A DNA stretch of 64,000 nt. Origin: Polyangiales bacterium (GTDB taxonomy: Bacteria; Myxococcota_A; Polyangia; Polyangiales; Polyangiaceae). Shown here one piece after another: positions 55,229 to 64,000 of this stretch. The stretch's first letter is position 1; each line of letters opens with the position of its first letter. The DNA lies in contig JBBRNJ010000038.1 of the NCBI GenBank assembly GCA_038230375.1, positions 1 through 64,000 of the forward strand. The letters run 5' to 3'. A model generated the notes under the pieces. It saw nothing but the letters and a program-made list of their open reading frames with translations. It was not told the DNA's origin and did no database searches. The translations under genes were made by a program, and so were the position numbers.

Positions 55229-56881
55229 TCAGCCCTCCGCCTTCAGCGCCTTCTTGTCGACCTTGCCGCGATCGTTCTTCGGCAGGTCCTCTACGAACTG
55301 CACGATGCGGGGATACTTGTACTTTGCAAGCTTCGTCTGGACGAAGACCTGCAGCTCCTCGGCCAGCTTGGTGTCGTCGGTGGAGGCGCCCTTGGCCTTG
55401 ACGACGAACGCCTTCGTCTTCACCAGGCCGTCGTGCGCGACGCCGATGACGGCGGCGATCGATACCGCGGGGTGCCGCATCAGGCACTCCTCCACCTCGA
55501 CGGGGGCGACCCACTGACCGCCGACCTTGAGGAGGTCGTCGGCTCTGCCTGCAAAGTACAGGTATCCGTCGTCGTCCATCCTGAACAGGTCGCCCGTGCG
55601 GCACCAGTGGCCGTGGAACGTCTTCCAGCTCTTGTCGCGATCGGCGTAGTAGCCGTGGCTCACGCTGTCGCCCTTCACCCAGAGCACGCCGATCTCGCCT
55701 GGCGCACACGGGGTGGCGCCCGCGCCTTCCGCGTCCTCGGGCAGCACGCGCAGCTCGTAGCCGGCCACCGCTTTGCCCAGGCTCCCGGGCTTGATGTCGC
55801 CCGGCCTGTTCGATGCGTAGATGTGGAACATCTCTGCGGAGCCGATGCCGTCGTAGACGTCGGACGAGAAGCGCGCCTGCCATTTGCGGAGCAGCGGCTC
55901 CGGCAGCGCCTCGCCCGCGGACATGGAGAAGCGCACGGCGTCGAAATCGAGCCGTTTCTTGCCTGCGGCAGCGAGCTCGTCGTCGTGGTCGAGGAGCTTG
56001 CCCAGCATGGTGGGCACGTTCGTCACGACCGTGGCGCGGTACGTCTCGATGGCCCACGCGAGTGACTCCGGCGATGGCTTCTCGGAGAAGAGACCAGTCG
56101 TCGCGCCGACCGCGAACGGGAAGAAGAGGTTCGTACCCGTCGCGTAGCCGAAGAACAGGCGCGGCACGCTCACCGTCATGTCGCCTTCGCGATACCCCAC
56201 GGTCGCCTTCGCGTAGACCTCCGTGTTCCAGATGAAGTCGCGGTGCGAGTGCACGTTCGCTTTTGGCTCGCCGGTGGAGCCGCTGGTGAAGAGCCACATC
56301 GCGGGCTCGTCCTTGTGCATCGGCACGGGCTCCATGGGCTCGGCGCGCGAGAGCTCCGCCGACAGCTCGCGCACCAGGTCGTCCGCGGCCGCGGCTCCGC
56401 CAATGGGCGCCTCAGGATCCCCACCGGTCTTCGTCTCCGGCACGGTGAGCACGTGCAGCAGATCCGGCCCCAGCTCTGCGCGCGATGCACGCAGTAGGTC
56501 GGCCACGCGCGGGATGGTCACCACCACGGCGGCGCGCGTGTACTTCACCAGGTAGTCAATGGAGCTCTGCGGCGCCTCCGGGTTGCCCATGGCCACGATC
56601 GCGCCGCGCGCAAGCGTCCCGAAGATGGCCCACGCGAACGGCGGCACGTCCGGCAGCACGATGAGCACGCGCTCCCCCCGGCGCACGCCCAGCTTCTGGA
56701 GCATTCCAGCGAACCGCTTCGACCGATCCGCGACCGTCGCGTAGGTGTACGCGCGCTCACCGTAGCGAATCGCCACCTTCTCGCCCTTGCCCTCGGCGAG
56801 GCGCGCGAACAGGTAGTACTCGGCCATGTGCAGGTCGTCGGCGATGCTCGTGTTCGGGCTGGTGCTTGCGATGTTGCTCAT
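55229..56881 (-). CDS. benzoate/aminobenzoate-CoA ligase family protein
   Basis: FTSGSTGEPK, PRLFFGYATG, SAGEALP, DGIGSAEMFHIY, GRADDLLKVGG. Confidence 0.92.
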   Translation of the reverse strand: MSNIASTSPNTSIADDLHMAEYYLFARLAEGKGEKVAIRYGERAYTYATVADRSKRFAGMLQKLGVRRGERVLIVLPDVPPFAWAIFGTLARGAIVAMGNPEAPQSSIDYLVKYTRAAVVVTIPRVADLLRASRAELGPDLLHVLTVPETKTGGDPEAPIGGAAAADDLVRELSAELSRAEPMEPVPMHKDEPAMWLFTSGSTGEPKANVHSHRDFIWNTEVYAKATVGYREGDMTVSVPRLFFGYATGTNLFFPFAVGATTGLFSEKPSPESLAWAIETYRATVVTNVPTMLGKLLDHDDELAAAGKKRLDFDAVRFSMSAGEALPEPLLRKWQARFSSDVYDGIGSAEMFHIYASNRPGDIKPGSLGKAVAGYELRVLPEDAEGAGATPCAPGEIGVLWVKGDSVSHGYYADRDKSWKTFHGHWCRTGDLFRMDDDGYLYFAGRADDLLKVGGQWVAPVEVEECLMRHPAVSIAAVIGVAHDGLVKTKAFVVKAKGASTDDTKLAEELQVFVQTKLAKYKYPRIVQFVEDLPKNDRGKVDKKALKAEG

Positions 56882-56896
56882 GCGACTGTCCTCTTC

Positions 56897-58405
56897 TCAG
56901 CTCGTTCTGCCGACGCACGCGTCGACACGCGAAGGATCCTCGGGTGCGGAGGAGGCGTCTTGCGGCTCTCCGGTGACCGTTGCGCGGACCATGTTCGACC
57001 GCGGCCCGCGATTGCCCGCGAGATCGTACGGGCGCACCTCGTAGGCGTAGCTGTCGCCCGGAAGCACGCGTGCATCCTCGAAGCGCAACGAGCCCGCGCG
57101 CACGCTCGCGTAGTGCGTGAACAGCGCGGGCGTTGCGTTGGCACCTGCGAACGCCGCGCGGAAGATCTCGTAGCCGTAGATGTCCTCGTTGTCCTTTGCG
57201 GCATGCCACCGGAGAAGGACGCGACCTTGCGATGCGTCCGCGGTGAGCGCTGCGCCCGCCTCCGGCCACGTGGGCGCCACGCGGTCGATGCTCTCCGGAG
57301 CCACGCCTTTGCGTCTGGGCCAAAGCGTGCAGTCTACACGTTTGAAGCTCTCGTCCAGGGCCTTGCAGACGTTGCCGTAGACGCAGCGGACGACCGTCTC
57401 CTCGCGGTCCTCACGCCACTTGTTCGGAAGGTCGGGGTCCGCGAGCAGAGCGCGCGCCATTCCCACGAGCTCCGCGGTGCCGTTCGCGAGCACCTCTTCG
57501 GCGAGCGTCTTCGTGCCGATCTTCCCCGCGGCCACCACGGGCGTGTCGAGGCCTGCGGCGCGCAGAGCGGCATGCACCGCGCTTGGAATGTAGAGGTTCG
57601 CGCCATCGGGGTACGTCGCGCCGGGCATGCAGCGGTCACCGGAGTAGCCGGTGTACGGGTACAGCGGCTCGCCCTGGATGACGCGCGCGTCCTCGAACTT
57701 GCCGCCTGCCGACAGCGAGATGTAGTCCGCGCCGCTTCGCGCGAGCGCCACTGCGATCTCACCTGCGTCCAGCGTGGTGTACCCGCCGCGAATGCACTCG
57801 TCGCCCACGAAGCGCACGCCGACGGTGAAGTCGTCGCCGACCGCGCGCCGCACGGCCGCGAGCGCGCGCATGGGCAACCGCAGCCGATTCTGCAGCGTGC
57901 CGCCGTACGCGTCGCGTCGCGGATTCCGGCGCGAGAGGAACGAGCTGAGCGTGTAGGCATGCGCCATGTGAAGCTCCACGCCGTCGAAGCCGGCCTGGCG
58001 CGCGCGCACTGCGGCTTCCCCGTACGCGTGCACGATCGCGTCGAGGTCCGCGAGCGACAACATGTCCACGGTCTGCCGCCAGCCAGAGCGGGAGATCTTG
58101 AGAAAATGGATCACCTGCGGGAACACCTTGCCCGGACCCGCGTCGTGGCAGCGCGTGCAGAGATCGCGCAGGCCGGGCACGAATGCGTCGCTCGAGATGC
58201 GGAGCAGCGGGCCGCTCTTCGACTCGTGCACGGCCATCGCCTCGATCACGGTGAGCCCCACGCCACCCTTCGCGAAGCGCACGTAGCGCGTGCGGATGTC
58301 GTCATTCACGTGCCCGTCCTCACCGGACAGACGCGTGACCATCGCCGGCAAAACGAGCCTGTTCGGAAGCGTGGTGCCGCGGAGGGCGAGCGGCGAGAAC
58401 AGCAC
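56897..58405 (-). CDS. NADH:flavin oxidoreductase (Old Yellow Enzyme family) with C-terminal fibronectin-III-like domain
   Basis: PNRLVLPAM, AGFDGVELHMAHAY..SSFLS, R.DAYGG, MARALLADP; C-terminal LRWHAA.DN...GYEIFR...YAYEVRPYDLAGN. Confidence 0.88.
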   Translation of the reverse strand: MLFSPLALRGTTLPNRLVLPAMVTRLSGEDGHVNDDIRTRYVRFAKGGVGLTVIEAMAVHESKSGPLLRISSDAFVPGLRDLCTRCHDAGPGKVFPQVIHFLKISRSGWRQTVDMLSLADLDAIVHAYGEAAVRARQAGFDGVELHMAHAYTLSSFLSRRNPRRDAYGGTLQNRLRLPMRALAAVRRAVGDDFTVGVRFVGDECIRGGYTTLDAGEIAVALARSGADYISLSAGGKFEDARVIQGEPLYPYTGYSGDRCMPGATYPDGANLYIPSAVHAALRAAGLDTPVVAAGKIGTKTLAEEVLANGTAELVGMARALLADPDLPNKWREDREETVVRCVYGNVCKALDESFKRVDCTLWPRRKGVAPESIDRVAPTWPEAGAALTADASQGRVLLRWHAAKDNEDIYGYEIFRAAFAGANATPALFTHYASVRAGSLRFEDARVLPGDSYAYEVRPYDLAGNRGPRSNMVRATVTGEPQDASSAPEDPSRVDACVGRTS

Positions 58406-58410
58406 GAACG

Positions 58411-59610
58411 CTACCTCCCCTTCTCGGCCTTCTCGCCCATCTCGGTGCGCGCGGTGAGCGCGCCGCCGATGATGAGCTTCTGGATCTCCGTTGTGCCCTC
58501 GTAGATGCGGAGCGGCCGGATCTCTCGATAGAGCTGCTCCACCACGCTGCCGGTCGTGACGCCAAGGCCCCCGTGCAGCTGCACCGCAGAGTCGATGATC
58601 GTCTGCGCGGCCTCCGTGGCGTACATCTTCGCCATCGCGACCTCCATGCTGGCGCGCTCACCGTGATCCTTCTGCCAGGCTGCGCGGTACACGAGCAGGC
58701 GTGCGGCGGCGAGCTCCGTGGCCATGTCCGCGAGCTTCGCGCGAACGAGGTCCTTCTCCGCCAGAGGCGCGCCGAACTGCACGCGCGACTTCACGCGCGC
58801 TATCGCTTCATCCAGAGCGCGACGCGCCATGCCGCATGCAGCAGCGCCGACCGACGTGCGGAACACGTCCAGCGTGCCAAGCGCCAGGCGCATTCCGTGG
58901 CCGATTTCCCCGATCATCATGCGCGCGCGACAGTCCTTCATGACCACGCGGCCCAGCGGGTGCGGGACGGAGATGGGCACCTGCGAGAGCTCGAGCCCCT
59001 TCGCGTCCTTCTCCACCATGAACGCGGAGATGCCCTTCTTGCCGAGCGACGGGTCCGCGTTCGCGAACACGATGTAGTGATCCGCGATGCCCGTGTTGGA
59101 GATGAACACCTTCTCGCCGGTGATCGTCCACGCGTCGCCGTCCTTCGTGGCCGCGGCGCGCATGGAAGCAACGTCACTGCCAGCCTCCGGCTCCGTGAGG
59201 CCGAAGGCGCCGATCCGCTTTCCCGAGACCACGTCCAGAAGGAGCGCCTTGTGGTCCGCGCCGCTCCTGTCCAGCACCAGCGCATGCGAGCCGAGCCCCT
59301 GCACGGCGAAGATCGAGTCCGCCATGGGCGCGTGATAGCCAAGATGCTCCCGCACCACACAGAGCGCACGCACGTCGACCGAGCCGGGGCGAGCTGCGTT
59401 CAGCGCACGCCCGCCAAGATCGCCCGGAACAAGGAGCGAGAACACGGACGCCGCACGCAGGCTGGCGACCGCGGCCGCCGCGTCGTGGTCGAACATCGAC
59501 AGCTTCGCGGCGTGAGGCCCGATCTCGAGGTCGAGCGAGCGATGCGCGTCCCCAAAGAACATCGGAAGCGACGAAGTGACGTCCGCGAGCGCCTGCGATT
59601 CCGTCTGCAT
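58411..59610 (-). CDS. acyl-CoA dehydrogenase
   Basis: [42 protein letters not shown]. Confidence 0.95.
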   Translation of the reverse strand: MQTESQALADVTSSLPMFFGDAHRSLDLEIGPHAAKLSMFDHDAAAAVASLRAASVFSLLVPGDLGGRALNAARPGSVDVRALCVVREHLGYHAPMADSIFAVQGLGSHALVLDRSGADHKALLLDVVSGKRIGAFGLTEPEAGSDVASMRAAATKDGDAWTITGEKVFISNTGIADHYIVFANADPSLGKKGISAFMVEKDAKGLELSQVPISVPHPLGRVVMKDCRARMMIGEIGHGMRLALGTLDVFRTSVGAAACGMARRALDEAIARVKSRVQFGAPLAEKDLVRAKLADMATELAAARLLVYRAAWQKDHGERASMEVAMAKMYATEAAQTIIDSAVQLHGGLGVTTGSVVEQLYREIRPLRIYEGTTEIQKLIIGGALTARTEMGEKAEKGR

Positions 59611-59613
59611 GAC

Positions 59614-60438
59614 CTACGGCTTTGCCTGGAAGGGGCCGCTTGCGCCCTTGAAGACGATCGGGCGCTTCTCTTTCCACGCGTCATACGAGGCGCGAAAATC
59701 CGGGTGCGCCATGCAGATGGCCTGGGCCTGCGCCTCGGCCTCGATGGCGGAGTCCAGCGGCATCGTGTGCTCGCTCTCCAGCATCTGCTTCGTCATGCGG
59801 TGCGCGAACGCCGGGCCGGACGCAAGCCGCTCCGCCCATGCCTGTGCAGTCTGCACGCATTCCTCCGGCACCACGACCTTGTTGACCAGGCCGACGAACG
59901 CGGCGCGCTCGGCGTCGATCACGTCGCCGAAGAAGAGCAGCTCGCTCGCGCGGCCAAGGCCCACGATGCGCGGGAGCAGGTACGCGGCGCCCATGTCCGC
60001 GCCGCAGAGGCCCACCTTGGGGAAGATGAAGCCGAACTTTGCGCTCGTGCTGGCCACGCGCAGATCGCAGGCAATGGCGATGACCGCGCCCGCTCCCACC
60101 GCAATGCCGTTCACGGCGGCGATGACGGGCCGACGTAACGCGCGGATGTTGCGGATGAGGGCGCCCGTCACCCGCGTGAAGGCGAGCAGGCCCTGCATGT
60201 CGCGCGAGAAGAGCTCACCGATGATGTCGTCCACGTCGCCACCGGAGCAGAAGCCGCGGCCCTCACCCGTGATGACCACGGCGCGCACTGCATCCTCGGC
60301 GTCGAGCGCGGCGAAGGTGCTTGTGAGCTCCTCGTACACCTCGAACGTGAGCGAGTTGAGCTTGTCCGGCCGGTCCAGCGTGATCGTGGCAACGCCGGAG
60401 GCGGAGAGCGCATAGCGGAACGACTTCGGTGCGAGCAC
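59614..60438 (-). CDS. enoyl-CoA hydratase/isomerase family protein
   Basis: LDRPDKLN, FCSGGDV, AVNG.AVGAG, VGLCGADMGA.YLLPRIVG. Confidence 0.93.
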   Translation of the reverse strand: MLAPKSFRYALSASGVATITLDRPDKLNSLTFEVYEELTSTFAALDAEDAVRAVVITGEGRGFCSGGDVDDIIGELFSRDMQGLLAFTRVTGALIRNIRALRRPVIAAVNGIAVGAGAVIAIACDLRVASTSAKFGFIFPKVGLCGADMGAAYLLPRIVGLGRASELLFFGDVIDAERAAFVGLVNKVVVPEECVQTAQAWAERLASGPAFAHRMTKQMLESEHTMPLDSAIEAEAQAQAICMAHPDFRASYDAWKEKRPIVFKGASGPFQAKP

Positions 60439-60439
60439 G

Positions 60440-60841
60440 TCAGGCGCTCTCTTTCGGGAGCGTCGCCACGCCCTCGATCTCGACCATGGCGCGGGGCTCC
60501 AGCAGGCCGGCGACCTTGACCAGGCTCATGGCCGGGTAGTGCTTGCCCATGCGCTCGCGCCAGCCCTCGCCGATGACCTTGGTGGCGTCGCGGTACTTGT
60601 CCAGGTCCGTGACGAACACAAGGAGCTTCACGATGTGCTCGGTCCCGCCGCCGGCCGCGCGCACGACGGCGATCACGTTGTCCAGCGCCTTCAGGAACTG
60701 CATCGCAAAGTCATCGCTGACGATGTGCGCGTCGTTGTCCCACGCGATCTGTCCGCTGATGTGGAGGCTCGCGCCCTCCGAGATGATGCCGTTCGTGTAG
60801 CCACGGGGCTTGGGGAACGATGAAGGCTGGACGAAGCGCAT
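60440..60841 (-). CDS. RidA/YjgF family protein
   Basis: PRGYTNG, ISGQI, YPAMSLV.V..L, VEIEGVA. Confidence 0.92.
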   Translation of the reverse strand: MRFVQPSSFPKPRGYTNGIISEGASLHISGQIAWDNDAHIVSDDFAMQFLKALDNVIAVVRAAGGGTEHIVKLLVFVTDLDKYRDATKVIGEGWRERMGKHYPAMSLVKVAGLLEPRAMVEIEGVATLPKESA

Positions 60842-60873
60842 GGATACCTCTTCCTGTCGGGGCGTGCAGGCTA

Positions 60874-62646
60874 TCAGCGATATGGGATCTGCGCGACCTG
60901 ACCGCGCAACGCCGCCGCAAGCGCGGAGAGGCGCTCGACCAGCGGCCCGTGGGCGCCCGGGTCTGCCACGGCGCCGGTCACGCTCGCCGTGAGCTCCTTC
61001 TCCGTGATCTCCACGCCGCGCTCGTCCATGAGCGCCTTCGCGAGCGCGCGCGCGTTGGCGGAAAGGTTGGGCGACGCAAGGTCGAAACCACCGGGTGGCA
61101 GCGAGAGCGGCGGATCGAGCAACAGCGTGAACGTGGTGTCCGTGGGCACGCCATGTACGGCGAAATGCGTCTCCACCTGCAGGCCATCGAAGCCCATGCG
61201 CGCGCCGTCGATGCGCATTGCGGTGCGCGTGAAGGTGCCGCCGACCTGCTCTGCGTAGGCCTGCCACGCGGGTACATGTGCCGTGAGGCCCAGCGGCGCG
61301 GGCAGCTGCGCGATCGCCTCCGCGATCTCGTTCCCCAGGTTGATGGCCTGGAGCGCAAAGGTACTGAGCGCCTGCACGGTGGACGCGTCGCCCTTCTGGG
61401 AGAGCCGGATGTGGCGATCGCTCGCCTCCATCTCGCTGTAGTAGACGGCGCGCGCACCGATCGCGGCCGCCAGGGCGCGGATCTGCTCGGGGTCGCGCGC
61501 GGTGATCATGTAGCCGGGGATCTCCCCCGCCTCGCGTGCCGTGAGCCCGAAGAGGTTGGAGCCGCCCTTGCGTTCCAGGAGGAAGCCGACACCGAGCGGC
61601 GCGAAGTCATAGCGGACCACGCGATGGTAGCCGTCCTGCTCGTGCTGGAGGTCAATGGTGAAAGAGAGCGCGCTCCCCCTTTCTGCGGCCTTGCCGGCGA
61701 GCGAGCGGCGCGACTGATCGTACGTGAGCCCCAGGCGTCCCGCGACCACCGAGAACACGCGATGCAGGCGGCCGCTGCCCACGGGCTGGATGAGATCCTG
61801 CGTGAGGCGACGAGGCGTGACGAGCGGCGGATGCAGCACCAGCGGCGCGCGGAGCACCACGTCCGTACCCAGCGCAATGTCGCACTTCACTTCCATGATC
61901 GCGGCGGTCCCGTAGAGGCGACCCTGGAAGCTGGGATGCAGGCCCTGCGGCAGGCGCACGGAGAACGGGATCGTCTCGCCCTCGGGCGGCCTGCCGTGGA
62001 AGAGGCGGCGACCGAAGCGCGTGGTGTAGCGCGAGAACGTGTACGGCTCGCGCAGGTTCTCCACCTGGACAATCGCGATGTCCACGCCGCGGCACGTGCG
62101 CGATCCCAGATCACTCACGCTGATCTGCCCCGAGATGGTCTCGTAGACGGACGCTTCCATCGTGTCGACGCTGAGCTCGATCGCGGGGTCGTCGCTTCCG
62201 GAGGTTGCGTCGCGGGTGGTGTAGATGATCGGCTTGGGCGGATACGGCTCCATCAACGGGAAGCCGACTGGCAGATCGTATGCGGCGGTGCGGTCGGCCC
62301 ACCACGGGATTGCGACGCGGATGAAGAGCTCGTACCGGATGCGCGTGTCGGCGCCGACATGGCTTGGCGCGGCGTGCTCGGGGATGGTGAAGGTCAGATC
62401 GTATTTGTAGACGCCAGGCGCGTACGTCTTGCCGGGGAGAGAGCGCTTCAGTGCAAGGCTCTTCCAGTTCGCGCTGCGGTGCTGATTGCCACCACCGGCG
62501 CCGGCGTACTCGTGCCCGTTGAGCTCCACGTCCACGGAGTCCACGGGCGTCTCCGTCTTGAACGTGAGCTCCAGCGCCACAGGCACCGTGGAGCCAGGGA
62601 CCACGTTGGGCCCGTGCCAGAGACGGACTGTCGGTCGGCTCCTCAT
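60874..62646 (-). CDS. arrestin/SpoOM-like domain protein
   Basis: PGVYKYDLTFTIPEHAAPS..G....IRYEL...V.IPWW.D, and a second copy FSVRLPQGLHPSFQG. Confidence 0.7.
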   Translation of the reverse strand: MRSRPTVRLWHGPNVVPGSTVPVALELTFKTETPVDSVDVELNGHEYAGAGGGNQHRSANWKSLALKRSLPGKTYAPGVYKYDLTFTIPEHAAPSHVGADTRIRYELFIRVAIPWWADRTAAYDLPVGFPLMEPYPPKPIIYTTRDATSGSDDPAIELSVDTMEASVYETISGQISVSDLGSRTCRGVDIAIVQVENLREPYTFSRYTTRFGRRLFHGRPPEGETIPFSVRLPQGLHPSFQGRLYGTAAIMEVKCDIALGTDVVLRAPLVLHPPLVTPRRLTQDLIQPVGSGRLHRVFSVVAGRLGLTYDQSRRSLAGKAAERGSALSFTIDLQHEQDGYHRVVRYDFAPLGVGFLLERKGGSNLFGLTAREAGEIPGYMITARDPEQIRALAAAIGARAVYYSEMEASDRHIRLSQKGDASTVQALSTFALQAINLGNEIAEAIAQLPAPLGLTAHVPAWQAYAEQVGGTFTRTAMRIDGARMGFDGLQVETHFAVHGVPTDTTFTLLLDPPLSLPPGGFDLASPNLSANARALAKALMDERGVEITEKELTASVTGAVADPGAHGPLVERLSALAAALRGQVAQIPYR

Positions 62647-63662
62647 GCTTCTTCCTTTGCGGCGCGTTGCAGTCGGTCGCGGACGCCGGCCCATGCCTCA
62701 TCGTCCGGGACGGCCTCGATCACGATGACGTCGACGCCGCTATCGTCCAGCGAGTGGAGCGCAGCATAGAGCGCGCGGCCATACCCCTCCGCCTCTCCCG
62801 GGAGCGACACGACGCGCTCGGAGCCGCTCGTCACGTGCTCACTCCAGGCGAGCACGCCGACACGTCCGTGGGTGGCTCCGGCGCGAACCAGGTCCGTGGC
62901 GTCCTTCAAGCTCTGTCCATGGCGGGTCAGCACCACGCGCGCGCGCGGCGCATAGTGTCGTGCGTCCTGACCAGGCGAGAGGTGTGGAGCGTCGCCAGCC
63001 ACGACGACGCTGCCGTCGAACACCACGTCGGAGAGCAGCGCGCGAAGGCGACCGAGCGGCATGGCGCCGGGGCGAAGCACACGCGGGACCGCGGACGAGA
63101 GATCGAGCACGGTGGACTCGATGCCCGCCATGCACGCGCCGCCATCCAGGATCAGGTCGACCGAGTCACCGAGCGACTTCTGCACGTGCGCCGCGGTGGT
63201 GGGTGAGATGGTCTGGTACCGATTCGCGCTGGGCGCCGCGATGGGCTCGCCGAGCGCGTGAATGAGCGCCTGCGCAACGGGATGATCGGGCGAGCGCAGA
63301 GCAACGGTGTCTCCGCCGCCCGTCACCGCGTCCGGGACGAGCGCGCTCTTCTTCACCACCAGCGTGAGCGGACCGGGCCAGCACGCACGCATCATGGCGC
63401 GAACGCGCTCCGGCAAGTCACCCTGGATGAGCGGCCGCGCGTCGTCCTCCCCACAGACGTGGAGGATGAGCGGATGGCTGCTGGGCCTGCCCTTCGCAAG
63501 GAAGATCTTCGTCACCGCGTCGGGCGCGAGCCCACGCGCACCCAGGCCATAGACCGTCTCGGTCGGAAACGCGACCAGCGCCCCCGCGCGAAGGACGCGC
63601 ACTGCGTCTGCGATCACGGCCGGATCGGGGCTGCCACTGTCCACCGTCACAACGCGGCTCAT
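62643..63662 (-). CDS. tsaC: L-threonylcarbamoyladenylate synthase (Sua5 type)
   Basis: VAFPTETVYGLGA, AKGRP..PLILH, WPGPLT, APSAN, GIESTV, and Sua5 domain SPG...HYAP. Confidence 0.95.
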   Translation of the reverse strand: MSRVVTVDSGSPDPAVIADAVRVLRAGALVAFPTETVYGLGARGLAPDAVTKIFLAKGRPSSHPLILHVCGEDDARPLIQGDLPERVRAMMRACWPGPLTLVVKKSALVPDAVTGGGDTVALRSPDHPVAQALIHALGEPIAAPSANRYQTISPTTAAHVQKSLGDSVDLILDGGACMAGIESTVLDLSSAVPRVLRPGAMPLGRLRALLSDVVFDGSVVVAGDAPHLSPGQDARHYAPRARVVLTRHGQSLKDATDLVRAGATHGRVGVLAWSEHVTSGSERVVSLPGEAEGYGRALYAALHSLDDSGVDVIVIEAVPDDEAWAGVRDRLQRAAKEEA

Positions 63663-63712
63663 CGAGCGCGCGATCATAGCGCAGGACCGGCGAACGGTTC
63701 TATGCTGCGCGC

Positions 63713-64000
63713 GTGCGCCTATTTCGCCCCTCCTTCCTCTCGGTGACTGCCTTGTCGTTGACCGGCGCGCTCCTCTACGCGTGCGGCGGGCCTGGGAAAG
63801 GGCCGGAAGTGGCGCCCGTACCGTCCGCGGTGATCGCGAGAGACGGCGGCGCGGGCACGGCACAGGCGCCCAGCACGCTTCCGAGCGGCCTGCCCGCCTA
63901 CGCGCCGATGCCCGAGCCCGGCGTGAAGGGCTCCGCGAAGGTCACGCTGAAGACGGCGGAGCTCTGCGTGAGCCCAGCGACCGCCAACGCGAAGGCCCCG
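63713..64000 (+). CDS. lipoprotein, partial (runs off the window)
   Basis: Open frame from GTG 63713: MRLFRPSFLSVTALSLTGALLYACGG..., with lipobox. Confidence 0.6.
   Translation, partial: MRLFRPSFLSVTALSLTGALLYACGGPGKGPEVAPVPSAVIARDGGAGTAQAPSTLPSGLPAYAPMPEPGVKGSAKVTLKTAELCVSPATANAKAP

Noticed and set aside
55104..56297. 984-aa ORF suggesting an extended ABC-F
   Set aside because: It is an off-frame read through the CoA ligase and the stop-free microsatellite; the ABC-F starts at 55103

Overview
High-GC, gene-dense bacterial chromosomal window. The gene content (several eukaryote-like Ser/Thr kinases, Cys-rich and vWA lipoproteins, DUF3570/DUF4266, RAYT) suggests a myxobacterium of the Polyangiaceae/Labilithrix type; this is inference. 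From left to right: an IS630 remnant and a RAYT transposase; a vWA lipoprotein; a translationally coupled operon of three divergent ClpA-like double-AAA+ ATPases; housekeeping genes (sthA, smpB, cysE, Nudix, Smr, ilvE); an RDD-SpoIIM-DUF4129/DUF4350-MoxR-DUF58 operon; a DUF4266-DUF3570-cytochrome c lipoprotein operon; an S1-domain protein and an acyltransferase; a translation-related cluster (hflX, small L7/L12-CTD-like protein, Thg1-like protein, PIN, ABC-F); an aromatic acyl-CoA catabolic operon; and Sua5/TsaC. The two best candidates for undescribed biology are: (1) the three-ATPase operon, whose subunits carry HicB-like N-termini, and two of which end in a class-I release-factor-like domain lacking GGQ (one also with an L7/L12 CTD), suggesting a ribosome-targeted heteromeric unfoldase; and (2) a 23-codon leader ORF with a single His codon and mutually exclusive hairpins that overlaps the start of the tRNA(His) guanylyltransferase-like gene, suggesting a translational attenuator. 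All domain calls come from motif recognition by eye, not from database searches. No rRNA, tRNA or CRISPR array was seen.
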